A DNA stretch of 64,000 bases, taken from an uncultured Porphyromonadaceae bacterium. Its GTDB lineage: Bacteria > Bacteroidota > Bacteroidia > Bacteroidales > Muribaculaceae. The position numbers and the translations under genes are program-made. How positions within the stretch are numbered: position 1 is the stretch's first letter; each line of letters opens with the position of its first letter. Shown here piece by piece: positions 40,978-50,763 of the stretch. Location: positions 5,566-69,565 of the forward strand of contig CAMWSM010000003.1 in assembly GCA_947176915.1 (NCBI GenBank). The letters are read 5' to 3'. The notes under the pieces are model-generated. The model had not been told where the DNA came from and did no database searches. It saw only the letters and a program-made list of their open reading frames with translations.

Positions 40978-41332
40978 ACTCTTCCAGGATCCGCTTAGTC
41001 AAGAACTGAATGAGGTAGGAATATGCCTCGTCGCTTTTCTCACAGAGGACTATTCCTGCCTTTTCAAGAATGAAAAATGTAGCATGGAAGATCTCATGCT
41101 GAAGCACGGCGTAATCGCTGACGGTAGACGGCATCTGTGGTATAAACAGAATTATCTGCCCTCCATCAAGTATGATCGTCCTTCCGAGTGAAACATCGGC
41201 GAAATGTCCGGAAATCTCCTTTGCGGTCTCCTTGTCAAACATTCTGCCAAGTTCCTTCCGCAGTTCCTTCCTGCTTCCGAAGTGCACCATCACGTCCCGG
41301 TCATACAGCTCTATTGTGATAATCTTGTTCAT
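40940..41332 (-). CDS. HExxH zinc metallopeptidase-like protein, probably leaderless
   Basis: LQHEIFH...DEAYSY; TAACTTTG at 41344-37 ends 5 nt before the ATG. Confidence 0.75.
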   Translation of the reverse strand: MNKIITIELYDRDVMVHFGSRKELRKELGRMFDKETAKEISGHFADVSLGRTIILDGGQIILFIPQMPSTVSDYAVLQHEIFHATFFILEKAGIVLCEKSDEAYSYLIQFLTKRILEEFTLSFSSGARSA

Positions 41333-41472
41333 ATCGCAAAGTTAATAAATATTTATCTCCTATGCAATAGTCTCTTACAATATATGATTTAAAGCAATAT
41401 TAGCGATTTTATGCGATATAATATTAATATTTAACAATAATATTCTAAGAATCAAAAATTTATCACAGAATA

Positions 41473-41714
41473 TTTGGAGATTACAAAGTTTTAACTTAAT
41501 TTTGCAGTGCCAACACTCATAATGGTTAGACCATTCCGCTGAAGCCTCGGTTAACGGCTCGGACATACTACGGGCTATTTTTATGCCCATACATAAACGG
41601 CTACGGCTGTCATATCCAACGTGACTTTTAGGCTCTGCGGAGCTAACTGTTATGAGTGTTTGGCGACACGGATATGACAGCCGTTTTTCTGTCTTAACGC
41701 CAAACACTCATAAC
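41473..41714 (+). ncRNA. c4-like antisense/attenuator leader
   Basis: Promoter TTTG-N20-TAATTTTG; GCCAACACTCATAA (41509-22) and CGCCAAACACTCATAAC (41698-714) are complementary to GTTATGAGTGTTTGGCG (41649-65); terminator ACGGCTGTCATATCC/GGATATGACAGCCGT plus T-run. Confidence 0.75.
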
Positions 41715-41716
41715 AA

Positions 41717-42347
41717 ATGAAAGAACCAAACCTGAGCCTTATGGCTTCCGACCTGCTTCATGCGGCCACTGCCCTTGCAGGAATCCTCGACCAACCAATC
41801 GAGGGAAATCTCATTACAGTAAATTTCCGACACGCAGCCGAACTGATACGCGACGTGCAGATCTCGGCGAATCTTGCGGCCAACGAGCTTCTTCTGACCC
41901 ACTACGAGAAGGGAGGTGAACAATGAAAACGTCAAACAGAATCCTCGCGCCTATTGTGGCTTTCCTCGCCGCTCCATTCGTCATGAGGCTTTTGGTATTT
42001 ATAGTTGACAAATACGGGTGGATACCATTTGCTTGCATTCTTATCGGCACGGTGTTTCTAATCTTTCGCGCATGCGGTCTTTTCAAAAAGAAAGGAGGCA
42101 ACCAATGACCCGCTACGACTTCACGGACGCTTCCGACTTCCTTGTCGCGGTAGGAATCACACCCGAAGAACTTTACAGCGAAGTGGTGGACTCTATGGGC
42201 GAGGTGGATCCGAAGACTCCGCTCTGGCACACCCTGCTCACGCTCGCCGACTTCATTGAGTGCATCGTTCCTGCTCCTCCATCGCGATCCTCTGCATCTC
42301 CTCGGCGGTCAAAGGCTTCTTCTCGCCGTCATGAAGCTTCGTCATGA
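41717..42347 (+). CDS. Three small coupled ORFs under the c4-like leader (41717-41926, 41923-42108, about 42105-42347)
   Basis: ATGA overlaps; the second is a two-TM peptide; antisense to the late genes. Confidence 0.65.
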
Positions 42348-43151
42348 AGCCGAACCGGGCGAGCACGTCGCCCACCTCCCGCGTGCTCTTCGGTCTGAGC
42401 GGCGCCTTCGGTTTCGGTGGCTCGGAGAAGTCATAGTCGTAGTAACCCTTGTCGATAAGTAGGATATTCACGTAGTCCGCGCTGTCAAGGTGCCAGTAAC
42501 GGAGCCACGACCACAGATTGTAGTCGCCGTAGAGTCCCTTTATCTTCTCGTTGTCGGAAGAGAAAAGGAACGCGCTCCCTACCTGCTGTCCTCCTTTGCC
42601 TCCGAACCGTCCTTCTCTACCATGTTCGCCGCGCTCTCCCCACGACGCATCCTTTGCCTGACGGCTTCGCCAACCTGAGTCATAGAGAGAACGAGTGCTT
42701 GCTTTGAGCTTCCCAAGTTGGCCAAATAAAAAACCTTGTTCTCGCCTATGGCCTCGGTGGCGTTGATTGTGGCCGACACCGCCTCAGACGAGTTGTAGAT
42801 GCGTCGCCACATGAACGCGAAGAGAAGCGGAACCCACCTCAGCCACATCCCGAGCACCTGGTGAGCCGCCTTCTTAGCGTATGCCTTCCGTATCCTCGTG
42901 CTGACGCGCTTCGCCTTCCTCCGGCTCAGATTCCCCTCCTTGAGCGTCTTCTGCCAATACATCACGTCGAAGTCAAGGTTGGCCATTATCTGGTTCTGCG
43001 CCTGGCTTGTCGGGCGCAGATGCCACTTCTTACCCTTGATTTCGACAATCACGTTCCGTCCTCGCCTCACGAACTCGGCCTCCGTCAGCAACCGCTCCAT
43101 CGCCGCCTCGTCCATCGTGAAGCCCTTCTCTTCCTGCTTCTCCTCCGCCAT
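42253..43151 (-). CDS. Tail assembly chaperone (42579-43151) with a probable -1 frameshift extension to 42253
   Basis: Follows the major tail gene; the -1 frame is stop-free from at least 42738 to 42253. Confidence 0.75.
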
Positions 43152-43219
43152 GTTTTTTTTGATTAAAAAGCGGCGATTGAGCATCGTGCCAATCGCCGCC
43201 CGATCCGGTTATGTCTTCC

Positions 43220-43807
43220 TTACGCCGCCGGCGCGTCGCTCTCATACGTCGGCTTGGCGTCAAACATCATCGCCGTCTTAAGGGTCGGCAGATTGATGTA
43301 TTCGGCTGTGGCCGTGGAGTTGATCGTAAACTTCTTGCCGTCGCAGCCGATGCTCGACACGATCTTCGCCTTCGGGAAGAAGAGCGCGCGGTTGGCCTCG
43401 TCGTTGAACCATCCGAGAGGTCTCGTGATGACCGGGAGGTCGATGTGGAAGCCCACGGCGTTCTTGATGTTCTGAAGCACGGTCGAAGTCAGCCCTTCGA
43501 GCTTAACGCCCTTCAGGAACTTCACGATGTTGTCTACCGAAAGGTCCGCCATGTTGAACTTGACGGCAGCGGTGCCGTCCTTCACGATCGAGGTGATCAG
43601 CTTGCCCTGCTCGTCCTTCCAGTTATCCACTTCGGCGTCCTCGCCCACCCATTCCGACGAGTCGCCGGAAACCTGTCCGGCCGATTCCCCCGCGGCGGTG
43701 ATTTTGGTGAAGGTGGCGGTCTTGTAGTCTTCCACCTCATCGAATATCACGAGGTCGCTCTGCCCTACGAATACGGTGGACATCGCCTGTTTCTTGATTC
43801 CTGCCAT
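43220..43807 (-). CDS. Major tail (tube) protein
   Basis: Size, beta-rich composition and position between the tail terminator and the chaperone. Confidence 0.75.
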   Translation of the reverse strand: MAGIKKQAMSTVFVGQSDLVIFDEVEDYKTATFTKITAAGESAGQVSGDSSEWVGEDAEVDNWKDEQGKLITSIVKDGTAAVKFNMADLSVDNIVKFLKGVKLEGLTSTVLQNIKNAVGFHIDLPVITRPLGWFNDEANRALFFPKAKIVSSIGCDGKKFTINSTATAEYINLPTLKTAMMFDAKPTYESDAPAA

Positions 43808-43833
43808 ATTGATTGTGAATTATGAATTATACA

Positions 43834-45592
43834 TTATGAATTGTTCGAAGTGTGCCACGCCACATTCAAAGCCGTTGTCGCGTAGCCTGTTGTATAGTCG
43901 GGGGTCGGGGGAGTAATCACGTTGGTTGGATCGAGCTTGAAAAAGAATCCCTGTGAGCTCTTGCGGTCCACAAGCTCCACGCACTGCGCCACGATCCTGC
44001 TCATATGCGGCTGTTTGATTGTGCCGTTGGAGTTCATCCTGCAGGTGATCATCAGTGCCAGATTTCCCTCAAACTCCCCTATCGGATTCGTCCACGAACT
44101 CACCGCGCCGTTATAGAGAATCGTGATGAAGTCCGTGCCGACACCGCTGTTGGGTTGCATACCCTGGGCATAGACCTCGAGAATCCTCGCGTCCGGGCCA
44201 ACTTTCACCTTGCCGTCAAGCAAGGATTTCAAGGCTATGTCCGGGTTAAGTTCCGATACGTTCATCTTACAAAACTTGTTATGGGTCCGCTCATGCCTAC
44301 GATTGCCGTTCCGAACTGCTCTTTGATGTCCATTCCGAGCCATTCGCAAAGGGCAGTGAAGAAGCCCTCTCCTCGGTCTTTTGGCGAACCGATGTCTTCT
44401 ATCTGCTCAGCATAGTCAACCGCCGAGAACATCACCAGCCACAATCCTTTGGCAAAGGTGGTTGAAGCATTCGAGAGGGCTTCCGAGAGTTCTCTTGTGC
44501 CCCATATTTGCTCCCCCGACGCTGATTCCTGCGGAGTGTCAGCCCTCTGCACGGGCATATACTTGTCAAGGTGTCCGTCAACATAGATGCCTATTCCGGT
44601 AGCGTCATGGAGATTGGCGGTCCATTCGGGAAACTGCCAGCTTTTCGGATAGAAGCCCCGCTCGATAAGGTCAAGCATCTTTCCGGCTATGACGCGCATC
44701 CGGCGCACCACTTCCTTCTTCGCTTCCTTCTCTGCGAAATCCCTCAATCCGACCTTTATCACCGATAGGTTATGTGCCGTGTAGTCACTCATCGCCTTAT
44801 CCTTTCTTACCGCCCGGGAGCTTCAGCTCCCGATCAATTCCCGATCATACTCCATCTCCAGCCGCGTGAACCGCTCTCCCGTAATCGGCATTTTCACGTT
44901 CCTCACGGTCTTGACCCGACACTCCTTCCTCACGCCGTTGCCCTGCGTGACGATCGCCAAGTCGTTCTCGCGGATCCTCACGTCCCCGGGGAGAATCACC
45001 ACGCTGTTGCGCTGCCTCCACTCCCGGTACGTCTGCACCCCCTGCTGGTAGCTGCACCTGTCGCTGTAGACCTCCTTCAAGGCCTCGCCGCCGTCCTCGT
45101 CGTAGCCGTCGGCACGGCTTATCACGCACGAATCCTCAAACCTTATCAGTTCCATGGCCGTCTGCGCTTAAGTGAAGTAAGTGAAGGCTTCCGGAGATTG
45201 CTCGCGTCAAACATCCCGCCGCTGTCGGCCTGCGTCTCCTCGATGTCCGCGCCCACCAGGCCACGGAGCTTGTCGCCCATGGCCCGGTAGTAGTCGCGGT
45301 CACGCTGGGTAATGATGAAGCCCGACATGGAGGCGCTGATGTCGCCCACCTGCTCGTGCCGCGAACCGCCGCTGAACGCCCCCGCCGCGGAGTAATAGAG
45401 GGTAGAAGTCGCGTAAGTGAGACTCCGCACAAAATCCTCGTCAGTGGCGTTGTCCTCCACCACGTCTTCAAGCGAGATGGGCTTCATTGCCGTGGGCGTG
45501 GCGAATATGGGCGACAACGCCGCCTTCTTCAGCACGTTATCCGCGAAGGGATAGCCGGGTATCTCGCCCCTCAGATGTTCCTCTACCGTCAT
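43834..45592 (-). CDS. Neck/tail-completion genes (43834-44265, 44262-44792, 44823-45155, 45146-45592)
   Basis: Four 110-180 aa coupled ORFs between capsid and tail tube genes; 44262-44792 has a gp10-like AVDYAEQIE motif. Confidence 0.7.
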
Positions 45593-45611
45593 GCTCCGTC
45601 AGTGTCAGTGG

Positions 45612-46907
45612 TTATTCGGTGCCTCCACCGCCCTGTACGGGTCGTGTCGCAACAGTCTTTGCAGCCTTGCCGATCACGATACGGTGAAGCTTCTTCGGAC
45701 GGTTAGGCACCGCAAGCACCGTAAGCTCCGATTCCCAGTGCTGGGTCTTGGTCTTCGGGTCATACCAGTAGTCCATGATGCCGCGCTTCTCGAACATCCA
45801 GCTATACAGATAGGAGGAGTCGGGACGCATCGGTGTCACGTTCTTCATTGTGCCTATGTTGCCTGTCGGACGGAAGAGCATCACATGCTCGTTGAAGGCC
45901 CTGAGAAGCGGGTACTCGAACTTCTTGGTGGTCTCGTTGAGCGTTGCAACCGCTACCATCTCGTTGTGGAGCTTCACTTCGGAGATTTTCTTGAAAATGC
46001 GCTTGAAGAAGCCGATCATGATCGCGGTGTCGTTGCCGTCAACCGCTAAGATGTGCGCTCCGGCTTCTGACGCGCGTGCGTCAGCCTCGTCGTTGTCTTT
46101 AGCCGAGATGAAGAGACCCTTGATTTCAAGATAACCGATTGCCCTCACGATGTCGGGGTGTCCCATGAAGGTCAGGAACGACCACTCGTCAGCTTCCACT
46201 TCCACCGCGCCGTAGGTGCCGTCGAAGAGAAGTTTGTTGAGGAACTTGTTGTAGTCCTGAATCGGGCGCTTGGTGGTGTCATAGGTGACGTTGCCGTCCG
46301 CATCCACGGTGTAGTACTCACCCATGATTGTGTTCTCGGCCGGCGCTTTTGCCTTGAAGGACACTCCCACGATACCGTTGGGGTTGTTCACGTCCGTGAG
46401 GTCGAGCGAGAAGTTTGACTTCATCTGGCCCACCTGATAAGTGATTGACTGCGCGTGCGAGGCGGGGAAGTCTCCGGCGAACTCAAGGAGGTTCTTTGAG
46501 AAATAGTCCTTGATGTCTCTGTAAGGCGACTCGCCGCGTAGTTCCGCCACGCCCGCGAGTTTCTGCGCCTGGACCGCCTCTGTGCGGTAGTCGTTCTCGT
46601 CCTTGGTCTCGTAGCGTTTCTGGCGCGGGATGTAACCGGCGATCGTGCGCATCGGGATTTCACGACCCCTTGCGACTGCCTGAGAGTAGATGTCAAGGTA
46701 GGTCGCCATCGCGGTCACGGTGTCGGTCACTTCGGCGAACTCGTAGTCGAAGCCGATCTGAGCGTCGTCCCACGTGAAGCCGTCCATGTTGAAGTTCATG
46801 TTCTCACGCCCCTGAAGGTATTTCTCATACCAGCACTCGAATTTCTTCTGCGTGCCGATGCCGAGGGCCTTCATCACGTCGATGTATGAATTGATTGATC
46901 TATCCAT
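45612..46907 (-). CDS. Major capsid protein
   Basis: 431 aa, downstream of scaffold and decoration genes; terminal ESELTVLAVPNRP pattern. Confidence 0.8.
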   Translation of the reverse strand: MDRSINSYIDVMKALGIGTQKKFECWYEKYLQGRENMNFNMDGFTWDDAQIGFDYEFAEVTDTVTAMATYLDIYSQAVARGREIPMRTIAGYIPRQKRYETKDENDYRTEAVQAQKLAGVAELRGESPYRDIKDYFSKNLLEFAGDFPASHAQSITYQVGQMKSNFSLDLTDVNNPNGIVGVSFKAKAPAENTIMGEYYTVDADGNVTYDTTKRPIQDYNKFLNKLLFDGTYGAVEVEADEWSFLTFMGHPDIVRAIGYLEIKGLFISAKDNDEADARASEAGAHILAVDGNDTAIMIGFFKRIFKKISEVKLHNEMVAVATLNETTKKFEYPLLRAFNEHVMLFRPTGNIGTMKNVTPMRPDSSYLYSWMFEKRGIMDYWYDPKTKTQHWESELTVLAVPNRPKKLHRIVIGKAAKTVATRPVQGGGGTE

Positions 46908-46919
46908 GTCTGTTGTGCT

Positions 46920-47303
46920 TTAGGCGTTGATGAATCCGATGCTCCCTTTGAGGTATGCCTTCTGCGCCGCTGTGATTGTGGCAAGGGTGCGTTTTTCGTA
47001 GATCTGTCCTTTTGTCACCACGGTAATGGTGCATCCGTCGCTTCCCATCCAGCGGTCGTCTTTGCTGAGTCCGGTCGGTGTCGCTCCGTTGAGCGTTCCT
47101 GCGCCGCCGGGCACATTGTCCTTCACGGTCACGGGGGTGCCGCCGGGGATTTTCGTGCCTACGGGGCAATCGTCCGAGGGGAGAAGTGTCGCACCCCCGG
47201 GGAATGTCTCCTCTACGTCGTGCCAGAGCTTGATGCGGCCGAACCCGGTCGGATCGCTTTGGGTGGCGTTGAACGTACCTCCGTAATTTTCAATGTCTGC
47301 CAT
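46920..47303 (-). CDS. Head decoration protein (probable)
   Basis: 127-aa Gly/Thr-rich ORF between scaffold and capsid genes. Confidence 0.65.
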   Translation of the reverse strand: MADIENYGGTFNATQSDPTGFGRIKLWHDVEETFPGGATLLPSDDCPVGTKIPGGTPVTVKDNVPGGAGTLNGATPTGLSKDDRWMGSDGCTITVVTKGQIYEKRTLATITAAQKAYLKGSIGFINA

Positions 47304-47336
47304 ATGAAATCTGGGGTTTGGGGTTAATGAATAGGG

Positions 47337-48020
47337 TTATTTCTTCGGCTCGGTCCACCCGAGTTTCTGCGAGGCCCTGTCAAACGACGAGAAGTCCGCA
47401 TCCTCCTCTCCGCTCCCTCCGTCGCTGTCGAAAGGCTTCGTGAAGTCCGTCACGCCCTTGGCCTTGACCGCCGGATCGAACTCCTCACGGAATGCCGCGA
47501 TAAGCTGTTCCCCGGTCATGGCCTCGCCTCCGGCCTTGTAGACCTTCAGCGCGATACGCTTTGCCAGCTCGCTTTCCGAAGGAAATCCTTTGGCGTAGTC
47601 CCATTCGCTCACGAATTTGTCAAGCGCGGCCACTGCCGTCTCCTTGGCTTTAGCGGCCTTAAGGGAAGCAAGTTCCTCTTTAAGCGGATTGATTGCCTCA
47701 GCGAGTGCTTCCGCAAACATCGCCTTGAAGTCCGGCTTTTCGTCCGCAGGCTTCGGAAGCTCAGGGTTTGGTTTGGGTGGCTGATTGCCGTCATCAGAGG
47801 GTTTCGGAGGCTCGTTCTTCTTTTCCAAAGTACGGAGCTTATCGTTCACACTCTGATATTGTTTGAGAAGAGGCTCAACCCCTGCCACGATGTCAGGTAT
47901 CTGCTCCTCGCTCGTGATGAGATTTCCGTAGGCAGTTACGACCTTCTCGTAGATTTCATTCTTTGACCCAAGTGCACCGCCGTACCTTTGTTCCAAAGCT
48001 GCCAAAAGTTTCTGCTTCAT
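47337..48020 (-). CDS. Head scaffolding protein (probable)
   Basis: Helical, charged, with a Pro-rich linker; upstream of the capsid genes. Confidence 0.65.
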   Translation of the reverse strand: MKQKLLAALEQRYGGALGSKNEIYEKVVTAYGNLITSEEQIPDIVAGVEPLLKQYQSVNDKLRTLEKKNEPPKPSDDGNQPPKPNPELPKPADEKPDFKAMFAEALAEAINPLKEELASLKAAKAKETAVAALDKFVSEWDYAKGFPSESELAKRIALKVYKAGGEAMTGEQLIAAFREEFDPAVKAKGVTDFTKPFDSDGGSGEEDADFSSFDRASQKLGWTEPKK

Positions 48021-48103
48021 ATTGAAGTGTTTGCGTTAATAAAAAGAAAGAGCCACACCCCATTGCTGGGATATGGCTCTTGGCTCTTTGATTGAATATG
48101 TAA

Positions 48104-48178
48104 TGGAGACACAGGGCGGATTTGAACCGCCGTAGCCGGTTTTGCGGACCGGTGCCTGACCGTCTCGGCCACTATGTC
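48104..48178 (-). tRNA. tRNA-Cys(GCA), encoded CCA, C at position 33
   Basis: GACATAG/CTGTGTC, U73, CCA; anticodon arm CCGGT-CCGCAAA-ACCGG; T-arm GGCGG-TTCAAAT-CCGCC. Confidence 0.9.
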
Positions 48179-48185
48179 ATTATTG

Positions 48186-48260
48186 TAACCCCAACGGGAT
48201 TCGAACCCGTATTACCCAGAATGAAAATCTGGTGTCCTATTCCAATTAGACGATAGGGCC
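48186..48260 (-). tRNA. tRNA-Glu(TTC)
   Basis: CCAGA-TTTTCAT-TCTGG anticodon arm; ACGGG-TTCGAAT-CCCGT. Confidence 0.9.
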
Positions 48261-48266
48261 GTTTTG

Positions 48267-48338
<72 letters not shown>

Positions 48339-48346
48339 ATGTTTAG

Positions 48347-48419
48347 CAGGACATGAAGGACTTGAACCTCCGACTTTCGGTTTTGGAGACCGACGCTCTA
48401 CCAACTGAGCCAATGTCCT
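48347..48419 (-). tRNA. tRNA-Trp(CCA)
   Basis: AGGACAT/ATGTCCT, G73; TCGGT-CTCCAAA-ACCGA. Confidence 0.92.
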
Positions 48420-48423
48420 GTTT

Positions 48424-48520
48424 GATATTACCCAACGCTCAGGTCTTCAACCTGCCTCTTGCTTCGACGCAACCGAATAAAGCAAATCTATCGGAGCGCA
48501 TGGTCGCTTTGGATAATATC
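48424..48520 (-). ncRNA. tRNA-like RNA 3 (97 nt), five-way junction inside the tRNA cluster
   Basis: 12-bp closing stem GATATTATCCAA/TTGGGTAATATC enclosing hairpins AGCG/CGCT, CCGA/TCGG, TTGC/GCAA and CAGG-TTGAAGA-CCTG. Confidence 0.6.
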
Positions 48521-48576
48521 GGTCGTTCTTTCACACGGGATGGTATGACCATATTCCCATCCCTCATTTGGGTTTG

Positions 48577-48650
48577 TGGAATCACGGGGACTCGAACCCC
48601 GAACCCTCTGCTTGCAAAGCAGACGCTCTCGCCGATTGAGCTATGATCCC
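48577..48650 (-). tRNA. tRNA-Ala(TGC)
   Basis: GGGATCA/TGATTCC with G3-U70; TCTGC-TTTGCAA-GCAGA. Confidence 0.93.
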
Positions 48651-48669
48651 ATCACGTATTATCGTTCTC

Positions 48670-48834
48670 TCATCTGTCAAGACTTATGTCTTCCATCTTT
48701 ATGTGAACTTCCCTCTTGCAGACTTTGCAGAAAAGATAAAGGTCTCCCCTGCCGTTCATATCCTCGCATTTGGCGAGAATCTTGCCTTTACGTCCGGCTC
48801 TTCTGCATTCAGGACACAATATCTCACGCTTCAT
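48670..48834 (-). CDS. 54-aa Zn-ribbon (Com-like) protein, probably leaderless; absent from the ORF track
   Basis: MKREILCPECRRAGRKGKILAKCEDMNGRGDLYLFCKVCKREVHIKMEDISLDR; two CxxC pairs. Confidence 0.8.
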   Translation of the reverse strand: MKREILCPECRRAGRKGKILAKCEDMNGRGDLYLFCKVCKREVHIKMEDISLDR

Positions 48835-48838
48835 ACGG

Positions 48839-48894
48839 CAAAGTTATTAAATTATTTTTAAATATCCAAATAAATCGCTAATGAAACTTTAAAT
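48839..48894 (-). promoter_or_regulatory. Head-operon promoter with the 24-bp upstream box
   Basis: ATTTAAAGTTTCATTAGCGATTTA-TTTG-N20-TAACTTTG. Confidence 0.8.
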
Positions 48895-48896
48895 TT

Positions 48897-49457
48897 TTAT
48901 TTCTTTCTCTTCCTTGCCAGCCAAGCCAGCAAGGCAATGATAATAACAGAAACCCCCAATCCCCCGAAAGCAATCCCTCCAAAGTCCATCTTAGTCCTCT
49001 CCCACTTCGTCAGCTTTCGCTCCACCGGATAGGGCACAGGAATAGAATCCTGCTTGACGGATTCAAGCCTTGCGTTAAGGATGCCGATCGAATCCCTCTG
49101 CTCCTCGATCATCCTTTCGTATTCCTTCTCCTTATATGAAGACAGATAGATGTACTCCACACGGTCGTGCCTTGTGGTGTCTCCCTGCTCATTGAGGGTG
49201 GTGGTCTCCCTGAGGAAATGGGTCAGCGAATCCGAAGACATCTGATTGCTCCTCACCGACTCCCGCATCATCCTGAGTATGGCGTTGTAGATGGCCGTGT
49301 CAGTCTTCAGCGTCTCAGCGTGGTATTCCGGCGCCGGAACGCACCGCGTCCTGCACCCGCACATCACGCACGCCAGCAGAAGTAGCGCGGTCATGACCGT
49401 CACCGAAGCGGCCGCCCTGCCCCACTCCGCGAATATTTTTTTGTCAAAGTCCTTCAT
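48897..49457 (-). CDS. Probable unimolecular spanin
   Basis: N-terminal lipoprotein-like signal (LLLLACVMCGC), C-terminal TM helix plus basic tail; last gene of the lysis cassette. Confidence 0.7.
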   Translation of the reverse strand: MKDFDKKIFAEWGRAAASVTVMTALLLLACVMCGCRTRCVPAPEYHAETLKTDTAIYNAILRMMRESVRSNQMSSDSLTHFLRETTTLNEQGDTTRHDRVEYIYLSSYKEKEYERMIEEQRDSIGILNARLESVKQDSIPVPYPVERKLTKWERTKMDFGGIAFGGLGVSVIIIALLAWLARKRKK

Positions 49458-49500
49458 GATGAATTTTCTTTCTTACTGCCAGGGAGCTTCAGCTCCCGTC

Positions 49501-50118
49501 CTACTTCTTCCCGTACTTACCCACATAAGCCTTTATCCCCTCCACATGCAGCCTCACGACCGCGTCCCGTCCGCAAAGCGAGAGGAGCCACTCCACATCC
49601 TCCCGGTTGTCCTGGAAAAGGTTCTCGGTAAGGCAGGCCGGACACTTCGACCACCGCAGTATCGCGAAGTTGCTCTCCTTGTCCCGGTCCCCGTCCGTCG
49701 TATCGACGCGCAGCCGCAGGTCCGGAATCAGCGGCCTCAGCACCCTCTCCGCCGCGTCATACAGGCAATCGGCAAGCTTGTCGCCCTGCGTCTGCCCGAC
49801 GGAGGTCCACGCCTCCCATCCTCTCGCGTTGTGCCACCTTCCGTCATCCGGAGGCGCCGCGTTGCAGTGTATGCTCACGAGGCAGACGTTCTTTGTCCCG
49901 AGCCGGTCGCACACCGCATTCACTCGATTGCAACGCTCGCCGAGGCTTATGTCGGCGTCCTCCGGCACGAGCAGTTCCGCGTCGTACCCCTCCGCTTTCA
50001 GTCTCTTCACTACCTCGCGCGCTATCTCTCGCGCATACTTCCACTCCTTGAGCCGTCCGTCGGGAGAGCCTTTCAGCGACTTGATTCCGTGGCCGTTGTC
50101 GATTTCTATCTTAATCAT
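49501..50118 (-). CDS. Endolysin, N-acetylmuramoyl-L-alanine amidase (Amidase_3)
   Basis: IDNGHG, LKEW, VSIHCNA, CLTENLF zinc-amidase motifs. Confidence 0.95.
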   Translation of the reverse strand: MIKIEIDNGHGIKSLKGSPDGRLKEWKYAREIAREVVKRLKAEGYDAELLVPEDADISLGERCNRVNAVCDRLGTKNVCLVSIHCNAAPPDDGRWHNARGWEAWTSVGQTQGDKLADCLYDAAERVLRPLIPDLRLRVDTTDGDRDKESNFAILRWSKCPACLTENLFQDNREDVEWLLSLCGRDAVVRLHVEGIKAYVGKYGKK

Positions 50119-50705
50119 ATTTTGTAGTTGGCTATTGATCGTTTACCGTTTGTTTCGGTGTCGGAGCCTCCGGCTCCGTCCCTTGCCGCATGCCACTCGT
50201 CCCTCGCCATATCCGGCATAGGAGGCGTATCAGCCGTAGGAGGCCTGCGGAAAGGGCACTCCGTATCCTCGCATTTCTTCCTGGCGAGCTCAAGCTTCAG
50301 TTCGCCGATCTGCTCCACCAGCGCCACCTTGTCGTTGGCGAGCTGCTCGCGTTCACGCTGCACTTCCCTCGTCCGGTCCGTTGCGCGGTCGAAGCGGTCC
50401 TGCCAGTCCTTGATGTCCTGCTGATGGCGATCCTCCTTCTCGGCGTTCATCTGCACGAGCTTCTCGTTGCGTTCGGTCAGCTTGTCGATGGTGCCCTGCT
50501 GATGGTCGATCTGCGCGAGCAGCCGGTCGGTTTCCTGCTTCTTCGCCTCGATCCGTCCTTTATCGACACTGACTTCGGCAAGCTTCGTCTCGGCCTCCTT
50601 CAGCCGCTTGTTCTGCTTGCGGTAAAACCATGCGCCCGCGCCTCCCAAAGGAGTCAGCACGCCCAGCAGGGTCCCCAGCATCGTCGTTATCTCCGATAGA
50701 TCCAT
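50115..50705 (-). CDS. Holin-like protein (N-terminal TM plus coiled coil)
   Basis: Single TM segment then a long coiled coil; coupled to the endolysin. Confidence 0.6.
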   Translation of the reverse strand: MDLSEITTMLGTLLGVLTPLGGAGAWFYRKQNKRLKEAETKLAEVSVDKGRIEAKKQETDRLLAQIDHQQGTIDKLTERNEKLVQMNAEKEDRHQQDIKDWQDRFDRATDRTREVQREREQLANDKVALVEQIGELKLELARKKCEDTECPFRRPPTADTPPMPDMARDEWHAARDGAGGSDTETNGKRSIANYKI

Positions 50706-50763
50706 TTCCGTAGCGTCTTTAATGCCGCAGGGCCCACGTCGCGACCCTGCGGCCCATGGTTGA

